Source: a cyanobacterium endosymbiont of Rhopalodia gibba (GTDB lineage: Bacteria; Cyanobacteriota; Cyanobacteriia; Cyanobacteriales; Microcystaceae). Taken from it: a stretch of 64,000 nucleotides of DNA. Where the stretch lies: contig CP067995.1 of assembly GCA_045159875.1 (NCBI GenBank), positions 1,472,001-1,536,000 on the forward strand, given 5' to 3'. Shown here piece after piece: positions 45,808-55,691 of this stretch (positions are counted from its first letter, which is position 1; every line of letters begins with the position of its first letter). The notes under the pieces were generated by a model. That model was not told the DNA's origin, did not search any database, and saw only the letters and a list, made by a program, of their open reading frames with translations. Made by a program: the position numbers and the translations under genes.

Positions 45808-47580
45808 ATGAAAAAGTTATTATTCTTCAGTTTATTTATTATAGGGCTCTGGGTAGCTCTGTATAATTTCAAGGGACTAGCAAATCAAGGGGAATTTGAT
45901 TCGATAGTGATTAATTTTCGTGAAGATGTTCCTACCTCAGTTATCAGTAAACAATTAGGAGCGATTAATAAACAATATAAAAAGACTGTTAGTCTCAATA
46001 GTATTTTTTCTGCTGATGAACACATCTACACTGTATCAGGGGATAAAACGTTCCTTAAGCTGATAAAACAGTCTTCTATCAAAAAATATATTGAATACTC
46101 TGAACCCAATTATATTTATAAGTCTTTAGAAATCCCCAACGATCCAGACTATAGCAAGCAATGGAACTTGCATAGCATTCATATTGAAAAAGCTTGGGAA
46201 AATAGCAAAGGGGAAGGAATCACTGTTGCCGTTATTGATACAGGAGTTAGTAGAATTCCTGATTTACGACAGACAGAATTCGTTGAAGGGTACGATTTCG
46301 TCAACGATCACACCGATGTCTCTGATGATAATGGTCATGGAACTCATGTTGCTGGAATCATTGCCCAATCGACGAACAACAAGTATGGAGTGGCTGGTAT
46401 TGCCTACCATGCTAAGATTATGCCTCTCAAGGTTCTTGGTGGTGGAGGTAGGGGAACTGTTGCTGATATTGCTGAAGCCATTCGCTTTGCTGCTGATCAT
46501 AATGCCGATGTGATTAACTTAAGTCTTGGAGGGGGTGGTGAAAGTCAAGTTATGAAAGATGCTATTAACTATGCTTACTCAAAAAGTCTTGTTATTATTG
46601 CTGCTGCGGGGAATTCCAATCAAAATGCTGCTTCCTATCCTGCCCGATATCCTAAAGTGATTAGTGTTTCTGCTCTAGATGCGGCTGGTAAAAAGACAAC
46701 TTATTCTAATTATGGGGCTGGAATTGATATTTCTGCTCCTGGCGGTAGTGAAACGGGAAAGATTATTCAAGAGACAATTAACCCTCAGACGGGAAAATCG
46801 ATTTTTGTCGGGTTCCAGGGGACGAGTATGTCCGCCTCTCACGTCGCGGGTGTAGCGGCTTTAATTAAGGCTTCTGGTATTAAAGAACCATCTGAGGTAT
46901 TAGCTATCCTTAAACGGTCCTCTCGTAATGTTCCAGAAGATCCTTTTAACCACTACGGGGCAGGACAATTAAATGCAGGGAAAGCGGTTTCCTTAGCCTT
47001 TAAAGGTCAAATTATCTTCCGTGACTTTTTCCGATGGATGCGCGATAATGGCCACCTTGCCCCTCGTTTTTGGATTGATGATGATGTAGTGGCGTTAGTT
47101 CCCAAACTATTAATGCTTGTGGGGTCTTATCTGTTGGCTTGGTTCTTAAGGGTCTATTTTCCTTTTCCTTGGACTGGACCTCTAAATTGTGGGCTAATTT
47201 TGGGAAGTTCAGGATTGTTTTTTCTCCAAGGAATCTATATTTTTGATTTACCTCAATGGCCCTTCAGAGTTATGGGAAGTTCTATTCCAGAATTGGCTAA
47301 TTCTATTCGCGGAACTTCTTTACTAAATCCTTTTTTAGCTAGTATTTTAGTTCCTTTTATTGTGATATTTTTTTTATTAGGTTATATACCAGTAAAATCA
47401 TTTGTGTTGGGAATTTCTTTAGGAGTCGCTTCTTGTTTGACAGTTCATGCTGTTATGAATCCTGCCGTTTTAGGAATACCTTCAGTAGATATTTCTAGAA
47501 TTTTTTTAGGAGTCAATGTTATTCTGTGTTTTGGATTAGTTTGGTTAATAGTGAGAAAAGAAGATAAAACCGCACAATGA
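45808..47580 (+). CDS. S8 subtilisin-like serine peptidase with C-terminal multi-TM domain
   Basis: Catalytic triad motifs AVIDTG, HGTHVAG and GTSM; oxyanion AAGN; N-terminal signal; hydrophobic C-terminal third. ATG at 45808. Confidence 0.9.
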   Translation: MKKLLFFSLFIIGLWVALYNFKGLANQGEFDSIVINFREDVPTSVISKQLGAINKQYKKTVSLNSIFSADEHIYTVSGDKTFLKLIKQSSIKKYIEYSEPNYIYKSLEIPNDPDYSKQWNLHSIHIEKAWENSKGEGITVAVIDTGVSRIPDLRQTEFVEGYDFVNDHTDVSDDNGHGTHVAGIIAQSTNNKYGVAGIAYHAKIMPLKVLGGGGRGTVADIAEAIRFAADHNADVINLSLGGGGESQVMKDAINYAYSKSLVIIAAAGNSNQNAASYPARYPKVISVSALDAAGKKTTYSNYGAGIDISAPGGSETGKIIQETINPQTGKSIFVGFQGTSMSASHVAGVAALIKASGIKEPSEVLAILKRSSRNVPEDPFNHYGAGQLNAGKAVSLAFKGQIIFRDFFRWMRDNGHLAPRFWIDDDVVALVPKLLMLVGSYLLAWFLRVYFPFPWTGPLNCGLILGSSGLFFLQGIYIFDLPQWPFRVMGSSIPELANSIRGTSLLNPFLASILVPFIVIFFLLGYIPVKSFVLGISLGVASCLTVHAVMNPAVLGIPSVDISRIFLGVNVILCFGLVWLIVRKEDKTAQ

Positions 47581-47669
47581 TTGCAGTATGAGAAAGCTAA
47601 AAAATGATTACTGAAATCTATTTTTTAACTTGTTTTTTATATAAAAACGGATTAATTATATAAAATCAA

Positions 47670-48600
47670 CTAGTACAATGCTCAGTCAAGAAACTCAGAA
47701 GATAAAATTGACGGAGTTTCTCAATCTATATATTTTTATTATTCGTCAACTTCAATTATTGAAATAGGCAATTATTTCTAAGATACAATGCTTAATTATT
47801 TCGAAGCTTTTTACGCCAATTAGCTAATTTTAATAGTTCTTATACCTAGCCTAGGTTTTTATCAAAAATCTTCCAAGGCTTTCTTTTGAACGGTGTATTT
47901 TTGAAATAATTAGAAATATCTTACAAATTTAAGTTTTATTTTGTTTATTGCTTAAATATTCTTAATTTTTAAGCAAAGTATATTTGTTTTTATTTAACTA
48001 AGACAATTTTTTTTTGATAAATATTGTTAAACTTTTAGCTTCTCGTTTAAAAGTTTTACTTTTGAGCACTAGGTTGCTTCAATAGGCACAATCTATCTGC
48101 TATTATTTTAACTTGCTATACTAATTTTTTCAGAAAATTCGTAGAGAATTATTCAGAATATATACTTACCTCTGTAATTTCAATAAAAGCCTTATGATAA
48201 ACTTATTATTTTATTGTTCAATTACAACAACTTAAATATCTAAGTTTTTAAATTTGTATTTTAAAATGTAAATTTTTAAAAATCATTTGTATTTATTCTC
48301 CACTTACCCCATTGCTTTTAACTACATTTTTATATATGACTATTTAAGACCTCTTCAATAATTTTTATCTTAAGTCTTTCAGTTTATATTCTTTTTTGCT
48401 TAACCTTTCAATACATTGATTGAGTCTCATTTAACGACAGTCTATCTTGAAATAGACATTGGTTTTCTCTGTCCAAGACAAATCTCTAACAGTTCGTTCA
48501 TTATTTTTGTGAAGGTTTTTAGTAGCTAAACTACAATAAATACAAGTTACTGAAGAATAACACCCTCAGTCCTTTCAAGTCATAAAATTTTTTCGTTGCC
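47670..48600 (-). mobile_element. ISL3-family transposase pseudogene
   Basis: Minus-strand fragments CIYCSLATKNLHKNNERTVRDLSW...VYFKIDCR (zinc finger), KIIEEVLNSHI, ELLKLANW, EIIAYFNN and YRLRNSVNF (YGFRNF.NF), in the expected order, with deletions. Confidence 0.75.
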
Positions 48601-48644
48601 TAAACCTAGGGAAAAACAGAAAATAAATAGACATTTTTCTCTAT

Positions 48645-49904
48645 TTAATTTGGCTGACGAAAAAGTGCAAAAACAGAAGTATAACCATGTAAAAAAGTTT
48701 GTTCCCCTACCGGGCCAATTTCTCCGTTACAGAAAAAGCCCCCCAAAGGTAGTTGGGGCAAATAACGACGGAACAACCCTGAATCAAAATTTGGCTGGTT
48801 ATAAAGAGCTTCTCCACGTCCTAAACAAGAAAACATTAACGCGCCCTGAACTTTTTTGTCTAGTTCGCCAGAAGTGACATAAGTCCTGAGAAGAAGTTCT
48901 AAATCATCTGCCGAAGTTTTAGCATCGCGCAGATGAAATTGAATCCGTTGACCTGGACGAACGAGATTGCCGATAGCAATCGCCCCTACTCGCGGATCAA
49001 TCCCAACCAAGTGGCGAATCAAAAAATCTCCAGATTGTAAATTGTATTTAAATTCATCGCTAACAACCCCAATGAACAGAGAATGTTTAGCTAATTGACG
49101 ATCATCTTTATCCAACGTTTTAATTAACTCTCTAAGAGATTCTAAAGGAGAGCGATGAACTATGGGTTGAGCCATATTTTCCAGCTTTCCCAACTGTAAA
49201 ATAACATTGCGTCCCCCTTTCGTAATTTGATAGGGCTGACCAATAGGACGACACCCTTGAGCAACAATAGATTCAACTATAATCTTTCCATTCAAGGCTA
49301 GTCCTACAGTTCCCTGATGACATAGCTTAAGCTCTGAACGTTCTGAAGTATAATAAAACAAAGTACTTTGAACATTCATAACCCCTGTACTCGCTAGTCC
49401 ACCAATTTTTACTGAATTTGGGTACGCAAAATCAAGTCCAGCTAATAAATCATTAATTCCTCGGAAAAAGGGATCAGACAAAAGAATAAAATGGGGGTTT
49501 TGTTGAAGAGGAACACCCACAAGTTTACTCCAAGCATCGGGGGGACTGTCGAGATCGGGTAAATTTTCAGGAATAAGATAGAAGGCTTGAACATCAACCT
49601 CCGGTAAGCTAGCAACAGTAAGACTCAGAGCAGGTCCACTTTCAACCTCAATAATTTGGGTAGAATTCTCCACGCCAATTGCTCCCCCGCCACTACAGCC
49701 AATAAGAATGGGTAAAGATAACTTTTCCAGAATTAGGGAAATTAATCTAGAATAATCGCTAGCATATGCCGAAGAAATAAATAAGATACCCAAATCAGGG
49801 GATTGAGATAAAGATTTTTTAACTCTGTCTACAACTTCCGTGACTGCTGCTTCTAGTGATGGACGGATGGATAAAGCATTAACCCACTGCATTTGATTGA
49901 CCAT
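48645..49904 (-). CDS. FIST N/C domain protein (NosP-like sensor family)
   Basis: QWVNALS.RPSLEAAV, KIGGLAS, VAQGCRPIG, FSCLGRG and GGFFCNGEIGP...LHGYT. Confidence 0.9.
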   Translation of the reverse strand: MVNQMQWVNALSIRPSLEAAVTEVVDRVKKSLSQSPDLGILFISSAYASDYSRLISLILEKLSLPILIGCSGGGAIGVENSTQIIEVESGPALSLTVASLPEVDVQAFYLIPENLPDLDSPPDAWSKLVGVPLQQNPHFILLSDPFFRGINDLLAGLDFAYPNSVKIGGLASTGVMNVQSTLFYYTSERSELKLCHQGTVGLALNGKIIVESIVAQGCRPIGQPYQITKGGRNVILQLGKLENMAQPIVHRSPLESLRELIKTLDKDDRQLAKHSLFIGVVSDEFKYNLQSGDFLIRHLVGIDPRVGAIAIGNLVRPGQRIQFHLRDAKTSADDLELLLRTYVTSGELDKKVQGALMFSCLGRGEALYNQPNFDSGLFRRYLPQLPLGGFFCNGEIGPVGEQTFLHGYTSVFALFRQPN

Positions 49905-50225
49905 AAAAAATTAACAAAATTACAAAACGACAAGTAATTATAGAGCAACAAAAAGAATTATTAGTTAATAAACACAGATAAGATAGAATCACTTCGATAA
50001 TTATGTCTTAAGAGCTCAATCAAAGACAGAGAAATTTTGCGATTCAGTCAATTCTTAAAATCCACTTTTCTTAGGAGAAGATTGGGAATTAATCATAATA
50101 TAAATAGGTATGGGTGGAAGAGGTATCTATAACCATGAGATGAGTCGTGACACAGATAAATCCGTTAGGATAAACTGGACTCTCGATACCTATAAAATTA
50201 AAGTCAAGAAAACAAACGAGGAATC

Positions 50226-50450
50226 ATGGGTAACATCGAAAATCAAATTGAACGAGAGAGACAAAACGCTAAAATCGTTTGCAGTATCGAAGGAGATAGT
50301 TCTGGTGATTGTGCTGCCGCTTGGGATGCCGTCGAAGAATTGCAAGCAGAGGCTTCTCACCAAAGACAAAAAAAACTTACTAAAACCCCTTTTGAGACTT
50401 ATTGTGATAATAATCCTGACGCGGTTGAATGTCGAGTTTATGAAGACTAG
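50226..50450 (+). CDS. cp12: CP12 redox regulator
   Basis: C..EG..SGDCAAAWDAVEELQAEASH and FETYCDNNPDAVECRVYED. All four Cys present. Confidence 0.95.
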   Translation: MGNIENQIERERQNAKIVCSIEGDSSGDCAAAWDAVEELQAEASHQRQKKLTKTPFETYCDNNPDAVECRVYED

Positions 50451-50606
50451 CGGTTAAGACACTGGCAGATTCCGTCTGTTGTCCATTGACCGATATCATA
50501 ACCTAGCGGCAGTGAACAATCTAACCGTAGATCATCACTGCTGTTCTGAGCGGAAAAGACATCCCTTTAAAATGATTAGAGCGTTTTTTGAGGAACTTAA
50601 AACAAA

Positions 50607-51236
50607 ATGGAAGAACTATGGTTTCGTCCTTTAGTTTGGACTGATTATCGGTTAGCGATGTCATTCATTGTTATAATACCCACAATTTTGATTATCTGGT
50701 CTCTAGTTCGACAAGCAGAAGCCATTAGTCGTCTTCTCATTATTTATTGGCGAGTGGCTAGTTTATTAATGATCACAGTCTATTTGTTGGTTCCAGCCTG
50801 GGGGATCGAAAACTCTGCTTTTGAAAATCTTTGTGGACAAATTGGCTTTATCACTGCTTTGGTCGCTCGTATTCTTATTCCCATTTCCCTTTGGTTTTGG
50901 GTGGATCTTAACGACGAAATCAAGGATTTACCTCCGAGCTTTCTAAAGTTAGTAGTTGTCTCCTGGCGTTGGGCAATGACAGTTTATTGTAGTTTAGGGG
51001 TCATCGCTAGTGTTCCTTTTTTGTCCTGTGCCTTTTCCCTAGACTTACTTTCAAGTCCCTTCTGTCAAGTTTGGATTGAGGCTCCTTTGGGATATCGTTC
51101 TATTGTTCATAGCGATGCCACTCAAGGATTTATCGGATTTTTAGGCCTGTTAGGATTGTCGGTATATGTTCTTTATTTTGCCTATTTTCTCTTAATCCGA
51201 CTTGGTAAGCAAGGACGCTTAGCTCTTGAACAGTAA
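50607..51236 (+). CDS. DUF3177 family membrane protein
   Basis: WFRPLVWTDYRLA, IYWRVASLLMIT, LWFWVDLNDEI and RLGKQGR.A. Confidence 0.82.
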   Translation: MEELWFRPLVWTDYRLAMSFIVIIPTILIIWSLVRQAEAISRLLIIYWRVASLLMITVYLLVPAWGIENSAFENLCGQIGFITALVARILIPISLWFWVDLNDEIKDLPPSFLKLVVVSWRWAMTVYCSLGVIASVPFLSCAFSLDLLSSPFCQVWIEAPLGYRSIVHSDATQGFIGFLGLLGLSVYVLYFAYFLLIRLGKQGRLALEQ

Positions 51237-51879
51237 AATAGAGTGGAAGTGGTACGAATTTAGAATTGAAAACTCAGGAAAAATAATTACCTGAGCCTTC
51301 TTTTAATAAATAAAAAAATAAAGATTTAAACCTTTATTTTTTAAAGTCAAACAATTGAATTTTTTGCTCTCTAAAGTTAATAACAAATCCTGCTATTAGA
51401 CACTAGAAAATTTAAAAGAGCCTAATCCAAATTTTAATTTTTTAAAGTTTTTCCGGCTCTTTGATGAAAATAACGGGTTTCAAGATTTAAATTTCTTTAA
51501 TTTTGAAATCTGCTATTGTTACTATTGATTGTTTGTCTAGTCCCTATATAACGAAATAGTCCTTAGTATTTGTAACAAGAACTTACTGAGGAACAAATAA
51601 AAAATTTTAAAGGCAATGAGAATTGAATCATTAATAGATTTGATACTCCCCCAGACAAATCGTACAAGCTTACAGCACAAGTTTCCTCATCTGATAATTA
51701 AGATGCTACTATCGACTATCTATCAGCTGAAATATATCTTTTGTTAACTAAGTATTTTTCCAGATGTTTATTAGACTTGTTCTAAAGTCTAGTTTTTCTA
51801 GCTTTATCGTTAAACTTTAATTTATTTTATACCGATCCATTGAACATTATGGGTACTACTCCAACATTTAATACTGTAG

Positions 51880-52287
51880 CTAGAAAAATTGTTGAAAGAC
51901 TTTTAGGGACTCTAGATGCTGATTTTTTTGTTGTAATTGGGTAACAATTGAATTGCAAACTAAATCACATAAAGAAAAAACTAAAGGGTTCGCAATTGCA
52001 TAAATTACATTAACCCCCTGTTGGGTTCGTGTCACAATTCCTGCTTGGGTGAGAAGTTTTAGGTGTTTAGATACATTTGCTTGTCCTAAACCCGTAATTT
52101 CAATAATCTCAGAGACATTTTTTTCCCCTTTTTTAAGAGTGCAGACGATCTGTAATCGACTAACTTCAGATAAAATTTTAAAAAAATCCGCAATCATACC
52201 CAAAACAGCTGGAGATAAGTTAGACGTCTCAGAGTCCACCGATAATGCTATCTCTATTACTGATTGTGAGTTAAAGCTTTGAAGCAT
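51880..52287 (-). CDS. ArsR/SmtB family transcriptional regulator
   Basis: FFKILSEVSRLQIV, HTH region GLGQANVSKHLKLL, and LCDLVC. Confidence 0.88.
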   Translation of the reverse strand: MLQSFNSQSVIEIALSVDSETSNLSPAVLGMIADFFKILSEVSRLQIVCTLKKGEKNVSEIIEITGLGQANVSKHLKLLTQAGIVTRTQQGVNVIYAIANPLVFSLCDLVCNSIVTQLQQKNQHLESLKVFQQFF

Positions 52288-52712
52288 ATTGCTATAGAGT
52301 TTACTAACTGAATAGTCATATTAACTTTTTGCAGTATAGCTTGATTTACCGCTAATTTGTCATATTACTAGATATTAGTAGGTTAAGGTGATCGTCAAGA
52401 TAAGGGGATAAAAACTTAAATCATTATGGAATAAATCTTCTATGGGAATAGTTAATGGAGTAATTTCATCAAAAACATTGAAATAACAAAATAAATAGAA
52501 AATATCAAAAATAATGTTGAATAGTCTTTTTAATAAAATGCGATTATCAAACAAAGTTTTTATTTAAAAATACTGTAGAAAATAAATTTTATTAAAATTA
52601 AACTGATGCGAGATAGTTTAAATAGAAAAAAATCCAAAAAAAGTAGTTTTTTTAAAGTAATAGAAGTTAATGTAGACTGATTTAAACAAAATTTATTTTA
52701 TGCCTATTTACG

Positions 52713-52746
52713 TTTACTTTTTAAAATATTTATTTTAAAAAGTAAA
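52713..52746. repeat. Perfect inverted repeat, 16-bp arms
   Basis: tttactttttaaaata-tt-tattttaaaaagtaaa (low complexity). Confidence 0.75.
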
Positions 52747-53124
52747 GATAGACTATGTTAACTTTAGTTTATTTTTATATATAAAATACTGACTTAATAG
52801 GTACTCAATAATATCAAGCAAAACTTAGCAAATAAAATTATTATCGTTATTTTTTAATTTTACTAGATCTAATTCAGAAAATACATATTATCTAATCCAC
52901 ATAATCTTAATCCAAGCTGACTCATTTAATAAGAGCTGATTTTTTTAAAAAAATTCATGTACATTTAATATAAATCTGAGTAGACGATTATGCTGTACAG
53001 GATAGTTTACATGAATAATTAAATTAATACATATTAGCCAATATTAACCTACATTAATGTTTTTTTTGGTAAGAAATATCTATCATGGTAAAGTGATGAA
53101 AGCACCTACGCGAATTGAAAAACA

Positions 53125-53304
53125 ATGACAACCCATTTTATTACTGCTGAAGTCAGCCTTCAAGAAAATACCTTAAGATTACATGAAGAGATTGAAGCTG
53201 AACTTGAAAAACAAGGAGAACCTCTTCGCTGGGCGATCACAGAAGTAGACACTAAAAAACAAATTGTTCACATAGAAGGAATTATTACAAATAGCAATAA
53301 GTAA
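53125..53304 (+). CDS. Conserved cyanobacterial hypothetical protein (59 aa, missed by ORF track)
   Basis: MTTHFITAEVSLQENTLRLHEEIEAELEKQGEPLRWAITEVDTKKQIVHIEGIITNSNK*. Carries a GEPLRWAIT motif and ends 11 nt before DUF3326. Confidence 0.8.
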   Translation: MTTHFITAEVSLQENTLRLHEEIEAELEKQGEPLRWAITEVDTKKQIVHIEGIITNSNK

Positions 53305-53315
53305 AATTCACTATA

Positions 53316-54401
53316 GTGGTTCATCTTTCTTATACCGTCGTTTTAATTGTTCCCACCGGAATTGGGGCTGCTATTGGGGGTTATGCGGGAGATGCTCTTC
53401 CTGTTGCCCGTGCTGTCTCCCAAGTGTGTGACCGCTTGATCACACACCCAAATGTTCTTAATGGAGCACAACTCTACTGGAATCTTCCCAACACCTTTTA
53501 CGTTGAAGGATATGGACTTGATCGCTTTGCTCGAGGAGATTGGGGACTGCAACCAGTTCATCAAAACCGAGTTGGTTTAATTTTAGACCAAGGTTTAGAA
53601 CCAGAATTACAAACACGTCATCTACAAGTTGCTGATGCTACTAGAGCTACTCTAGGATTAGACATAACCGATTATATCCTTACCGACACTCCTCTAGAGA
53701 TTGAACTACGTATCGCTTCTTCTGGGATAAGTTGGGGAACTATTGGTAACCCAGATAGTTTACTCAGAGCAGCAGAAACATTAATCACCCAAGCCAAAGT
53801 CCAGGCAATCGCAGTTGTTGTCCGTTTTCCCGATGAGCTTGACAGTTTAGCTTTAGATAGCTACCGTCATGGTCAAGGAGTTGATCCCTTAGCGGGAGCA
53901 GAAGCAGTTATTTCCCACTTAATTGTCCGTAAATTTGGTATTCCCGCTGCTCATGCTCCTGCTTTAATGCCTCTACCCCTTGAGCCAAATCTTTCCCCCC
54001 GTGCCGCAGCCGAAGAACTTGGTTATACTTTTTTACCTTGCGTTTTAGTGGGGTTGAGTCGCGCACCTCAGTTTGTTTACACAGGGGGAGTGGATTTTAG
54101 TTCAACACTTGTGGATTCTGTGATTTGGGGAAATCAAGTCGATGCAGTAATTATTCCAGAGACTGCTTGTGGAGGGAGTGCTATTCTCAGTTTTAACCAG
54201 GAGAACACCCGTATTATTACGGTTGCAGAAAATCGAACCAAATTACAAGTTACCCCAGAGTCCCTCGGAATTCAGGCGATTAAGGTAAACTCTTATTTAG
54301 AGGCGTTAGGTGTTTTAGTCGCTCATCGTGCTGGGATCAGTGTTAGTGCCTTGCATCCTACTGTCTCATCCCTTAATTGTTTCTCTAAAACTCGTGACTA
54401 A
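53316..54401 (+). CDS. DUF3326 family protein
   Basis: IVPTGIGAAIGGYAGDA, THPNVLNGA, YVEGYGLD, GVDPLAGAEAVISH and AAEELGYTFLPCVL.GL. Confidence 0.88.
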   Translation: MVHLSYTVVLIVPTGIGAAIGGYAGDALPVARAVSQVCDRLITHPNVLNGAQLYWNLPNTFYVEGYGLDRFARGDWGLQPVHQNRVGLILDQGLEPELQTRHLQVADATRATLGLDITDYILTDTPLEIELRIASSGISWGTIGNPDSLLRAAETLITQAKVQAIAVVVRFPDELDSLALDSYRHGQGVDPLAGAEAVISHLIVRKFGIPAAHAPALMPLPLEPNLSPRAAAEELGYTFLPCVLVGLSRAPQFVYTGGVDFSSTLVDSVIWGNQVDAVIIPETACGGSAILSFNQENTRIITVAENRTKLQVTPESLGIQAIKVNSYLEALGVLVAHRAGISVSALHPTVSSLNCFSKTRD

Positions 54402-54987
54402 TCCTAAATTGTCTGACATAGAACCGTTAACTCGTGAGCAAATTTTAGTAGTAATGGGGGTAACAGCAGTTATTCTTTTAATTATTGCTAAAGTTTGGCA
54501 GAAAATATGGTCTGTTATCCTACTAGATGTTCAATTAACCTCCAACGCTATTTTAGGTGGTTTAGGGGTAGCAGGGGGAATTATTGTCACTAGCAGCATT
54601 ATTTATTCTCTCTGTCCAGCCTATCGTCAAAGTGCAGACACTTACTTTAAATTGATAATTCGACCGTTGATTTGGTTAGATTTAATTTGGTTAGGATTAT
54701 TACCAGGGTTAAGTGAAGAACTGTTGTTTCGTGGAGTAATGTTGCCCGCATTGGGATTAAATTTACTGGGAGTGATTCTGTCAAGTGTCGTCTTTGGTGT
54801 GCTTCATTCAAGTGGGGCGCAACAGTGGCCTTATGTAGTTTGGGCAACGACAGTAGGATTTGTGTTAGGTTATAGTGCTTTAGTGACGGGGAATCTAGCG
54901 GTTCCTATCATAGCCCACATTGTTACTAATTTAGTATCTAGTAGCTTGTGGAAAATTAGTAAGTCGGTGAAAATACATTCTAATTAA
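54394..54987 (+). CDS. CPBP/Abi family intramembrane glutamic endopeptidase
   Basis: PGLSEELLFRG, FGVLH and PIIAH...N. Likely GTG start at 54394 overlapping the DUF3326 stop. Confidence 0.88.
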   Translation: MTNPKLSDIEPLTREQILVVMGVTAVILLIIAKVWQKIWSVILLDVQLTSNAILGGLGVAGGIIVTSSIIYSLCPAYRQSADTYFKLIIRPLIWLDLIWLGLLPGLSEELLFRGVMLPALGLNLLGVILSSVVFGVLHSSGAQQWPYVVWATTVGFVLGYSALVTGNLAVPIIAHIVTNLVSSSLWKISKSVKIHSN

Positions 54988-55004
54988 TAATTGATAGTTA
55001 ATAT

Positions 55005-55451
55005 ATGAAAATTCAATTTCGAGAATTTAATCCTTTTGATCTATGGATTTGGCTAGAGTTTAAGACTATTCCTTCATCTATGGAAAGACAATATATAGAG
55101 GAAGTATTTAATTCCTGGTTTTATTTAGGAAAGTTGGGTGCATTTAACGCCGAAAATTTACAAGTACAAGACCAGGGAATTGATATTAGTTATATGGAAT
55201 ATGAGACAGGTACAGCTAACAGTGTTATGATGGCTCCGATGCACAATATGACAGAGTTTCAATATCGAGGAGTTTGGGGACGCTGCTGGTTTGATTTAGG
55301 AACCAGCGATTTAATTGCTGTGGATATTTTGATTAATGCTTTAGAGCAATTAAGTAAGGAGTACGTTACTATCAATAGGTTGATTATTGGTGGTGAAAAT
55401 AAAAATTGGAAAGTTGATGATAAAAATGAATCAATGTTTATTGAAAACTAA
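55005..55451 (+). CDS. DUF3531 family protein
   Basis: FREFNPFDLWIWLEF, SWFYLGKLGAFNAENLQ, MHNM and WFDLGTSD. Confidence 0.85.
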   Translation: MKIQFREFNPFDLWIWLEFKTIPSSMERQYIEEVFNSWFYLGKLGAFNAENLQVQDQGIDISYMEYETGTANSVMMAPMHNMTEFQYRGVWGRCWFDLGTSDLIAVDILINALEQLSKEYVTINRLIIGGENKNWKVDDKNESMFIEN

Positions 55452-55691
55452 ATTTTAGAACTCATTTTATTTTCTTAAATATTGAATATTAATTTTTTTC
55501 AAAACTAGAATTAGCTAAGTGGAGAAGTTAAAAAACTATATAATAGTCATGATTTTGTTTCAATAAGTTTGATGACTCTTCCATAGGTTTTCTATAGATT
55601 TTATCGGTTGATTTTAACACAGACAAGTTATGCTGAAAATAATAGAAAGTTTTTTAAAAATCACCTAAAGAGGTATTTTAAAGACAAGCAC

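Noticed and set aside
48596..48877. 93-aa plus-strand ORF
   Set aside because: Antisense to the FIST gene.
50110..50457. 115-aa ORF overlapping cp12
   Set aside because: Alternative frame with no recognisable motif; the CP12 frame is clearly the conserved one.
51600..51870. Possible rhodanese relic (YDLSGGVS on the minus strand) downstream of the ArsR gene
   Set aside because: Single short motif, insufficient support.
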